DNA from: a virus
Taxonomy: Duplodnaviria; Caudoviricetes
IMG/VR virus record: IMGVR_UViG_3300031965_000128
Location: 1-24,606 of that record
Reading direction: 5' to 3' (one strand)
Length of the DNA: 24,606 nucleotides
A model generated the notes under the pieces. That model was given only the letters and a program-made list of their open reading frames with translations. It had not been told where the DNA came from and made no database searches. The translations under genes and the position numbers were made by a program. Shown one piece after another: positions 24,263-24,606 of the stretch; the stretch's first letter is position 1, and every line of letters begins with the position of its first letter.

Positions 24263-24606
24263 TGGCTTATTTATCCACTAAAACTTACGGTCACGAGGTG
24301 GGCTTGTCCGTAGCTTTTCGTCAACACAGGGCTGAAAGCCATTGCCGCTTCATCCACGGCTACGCACTGTCCGTTAAATTCACATTCGCAGCTGAAGTTT
24401 TGGATGAGAACGGTTGGGTTATGGACTTTGGTGGCTTAAAGGACATCAAAAGTTATCTGCAAGACTTACTCGACCATAGGTTGTTAGTTGCCGAAGATGA
24501 CCCAATGAAAGATGAGCTATGTGCTTTGGCCGGGCTTGGTGTTGCGGACGTTATCGTTGTGCCGGCAACAGGATGCGAAGCGTTTGCAAAAGCGATCTTC
24601 ACTTGG
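24262..24606 (+). CDS. queD: 6-carboxytetrahydropterin synthase, 3' truncated (absent from the ORF track)
   Basis: Translated by hand: MAYLSTKTYGH...SHCRFIHGY...GWVMDFGGLK...LDHR; TAATG coupling to queC. Confidence 0.92.
   Translation, partial: MAYLSTKTYGHEVGLSVAFRQHRAESHCRFIHGYALSVKFTFAAEVLDENGWVMDFGGLKDIKSYLQDLLDHRLLVAEDDPMKDELCALAGLGVADVIVVPATGCEAFAKAIFTW

Noticed and set aside
1-24606. Integrase, reverse transcriptase, standalone DNA polymerase, dpdA or structural genes
   Set aside because: No supporting motifs seen in this window; lifestyle and host cannot be determined.

Overview
A 24.6-kb piece of a tailed dsDNA phage genome with every credible gene on the + strand. Left (1-7918): a dense accessory array of small ORFs, including a DUF1566/CLec-like protein, an HNH protein, a RadC/JAB protein and two mosaic Ead/Ea22-like proteins. 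Middle and right: a replication/recombination module (AlpA-like HTH, primase-polymerase-helicase, MazG-like pyrophosphatase, ATP-dependent ligase, AAA ATPase, DUF669 SSB-like protein, Cas4-like exonuclease, Endo VII-type endonuclease, SF2 helicase), then the start of a 7-deazaguanine pathway (queE, queC, partial queD). Three signals stand out. (1) Three 138-164 nt islands almost free of GA/TC dinucleotides, two inside genes, which fits a hypothesis of modification-free sites in a deazaguanine-modified genome. (2) A tRNA-Thr(GGT) interrupted by a 31-nt insert in its anticodon stem. (3) A ~440-nt array of G-U-rich structured RNA domains plus a separate cloverleaf-like element, suggesting a set of tRNA-scaffolded small RNAs. 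Family names come from motif recognition and recall; no database searches were run, and counts and folds were done by eye.
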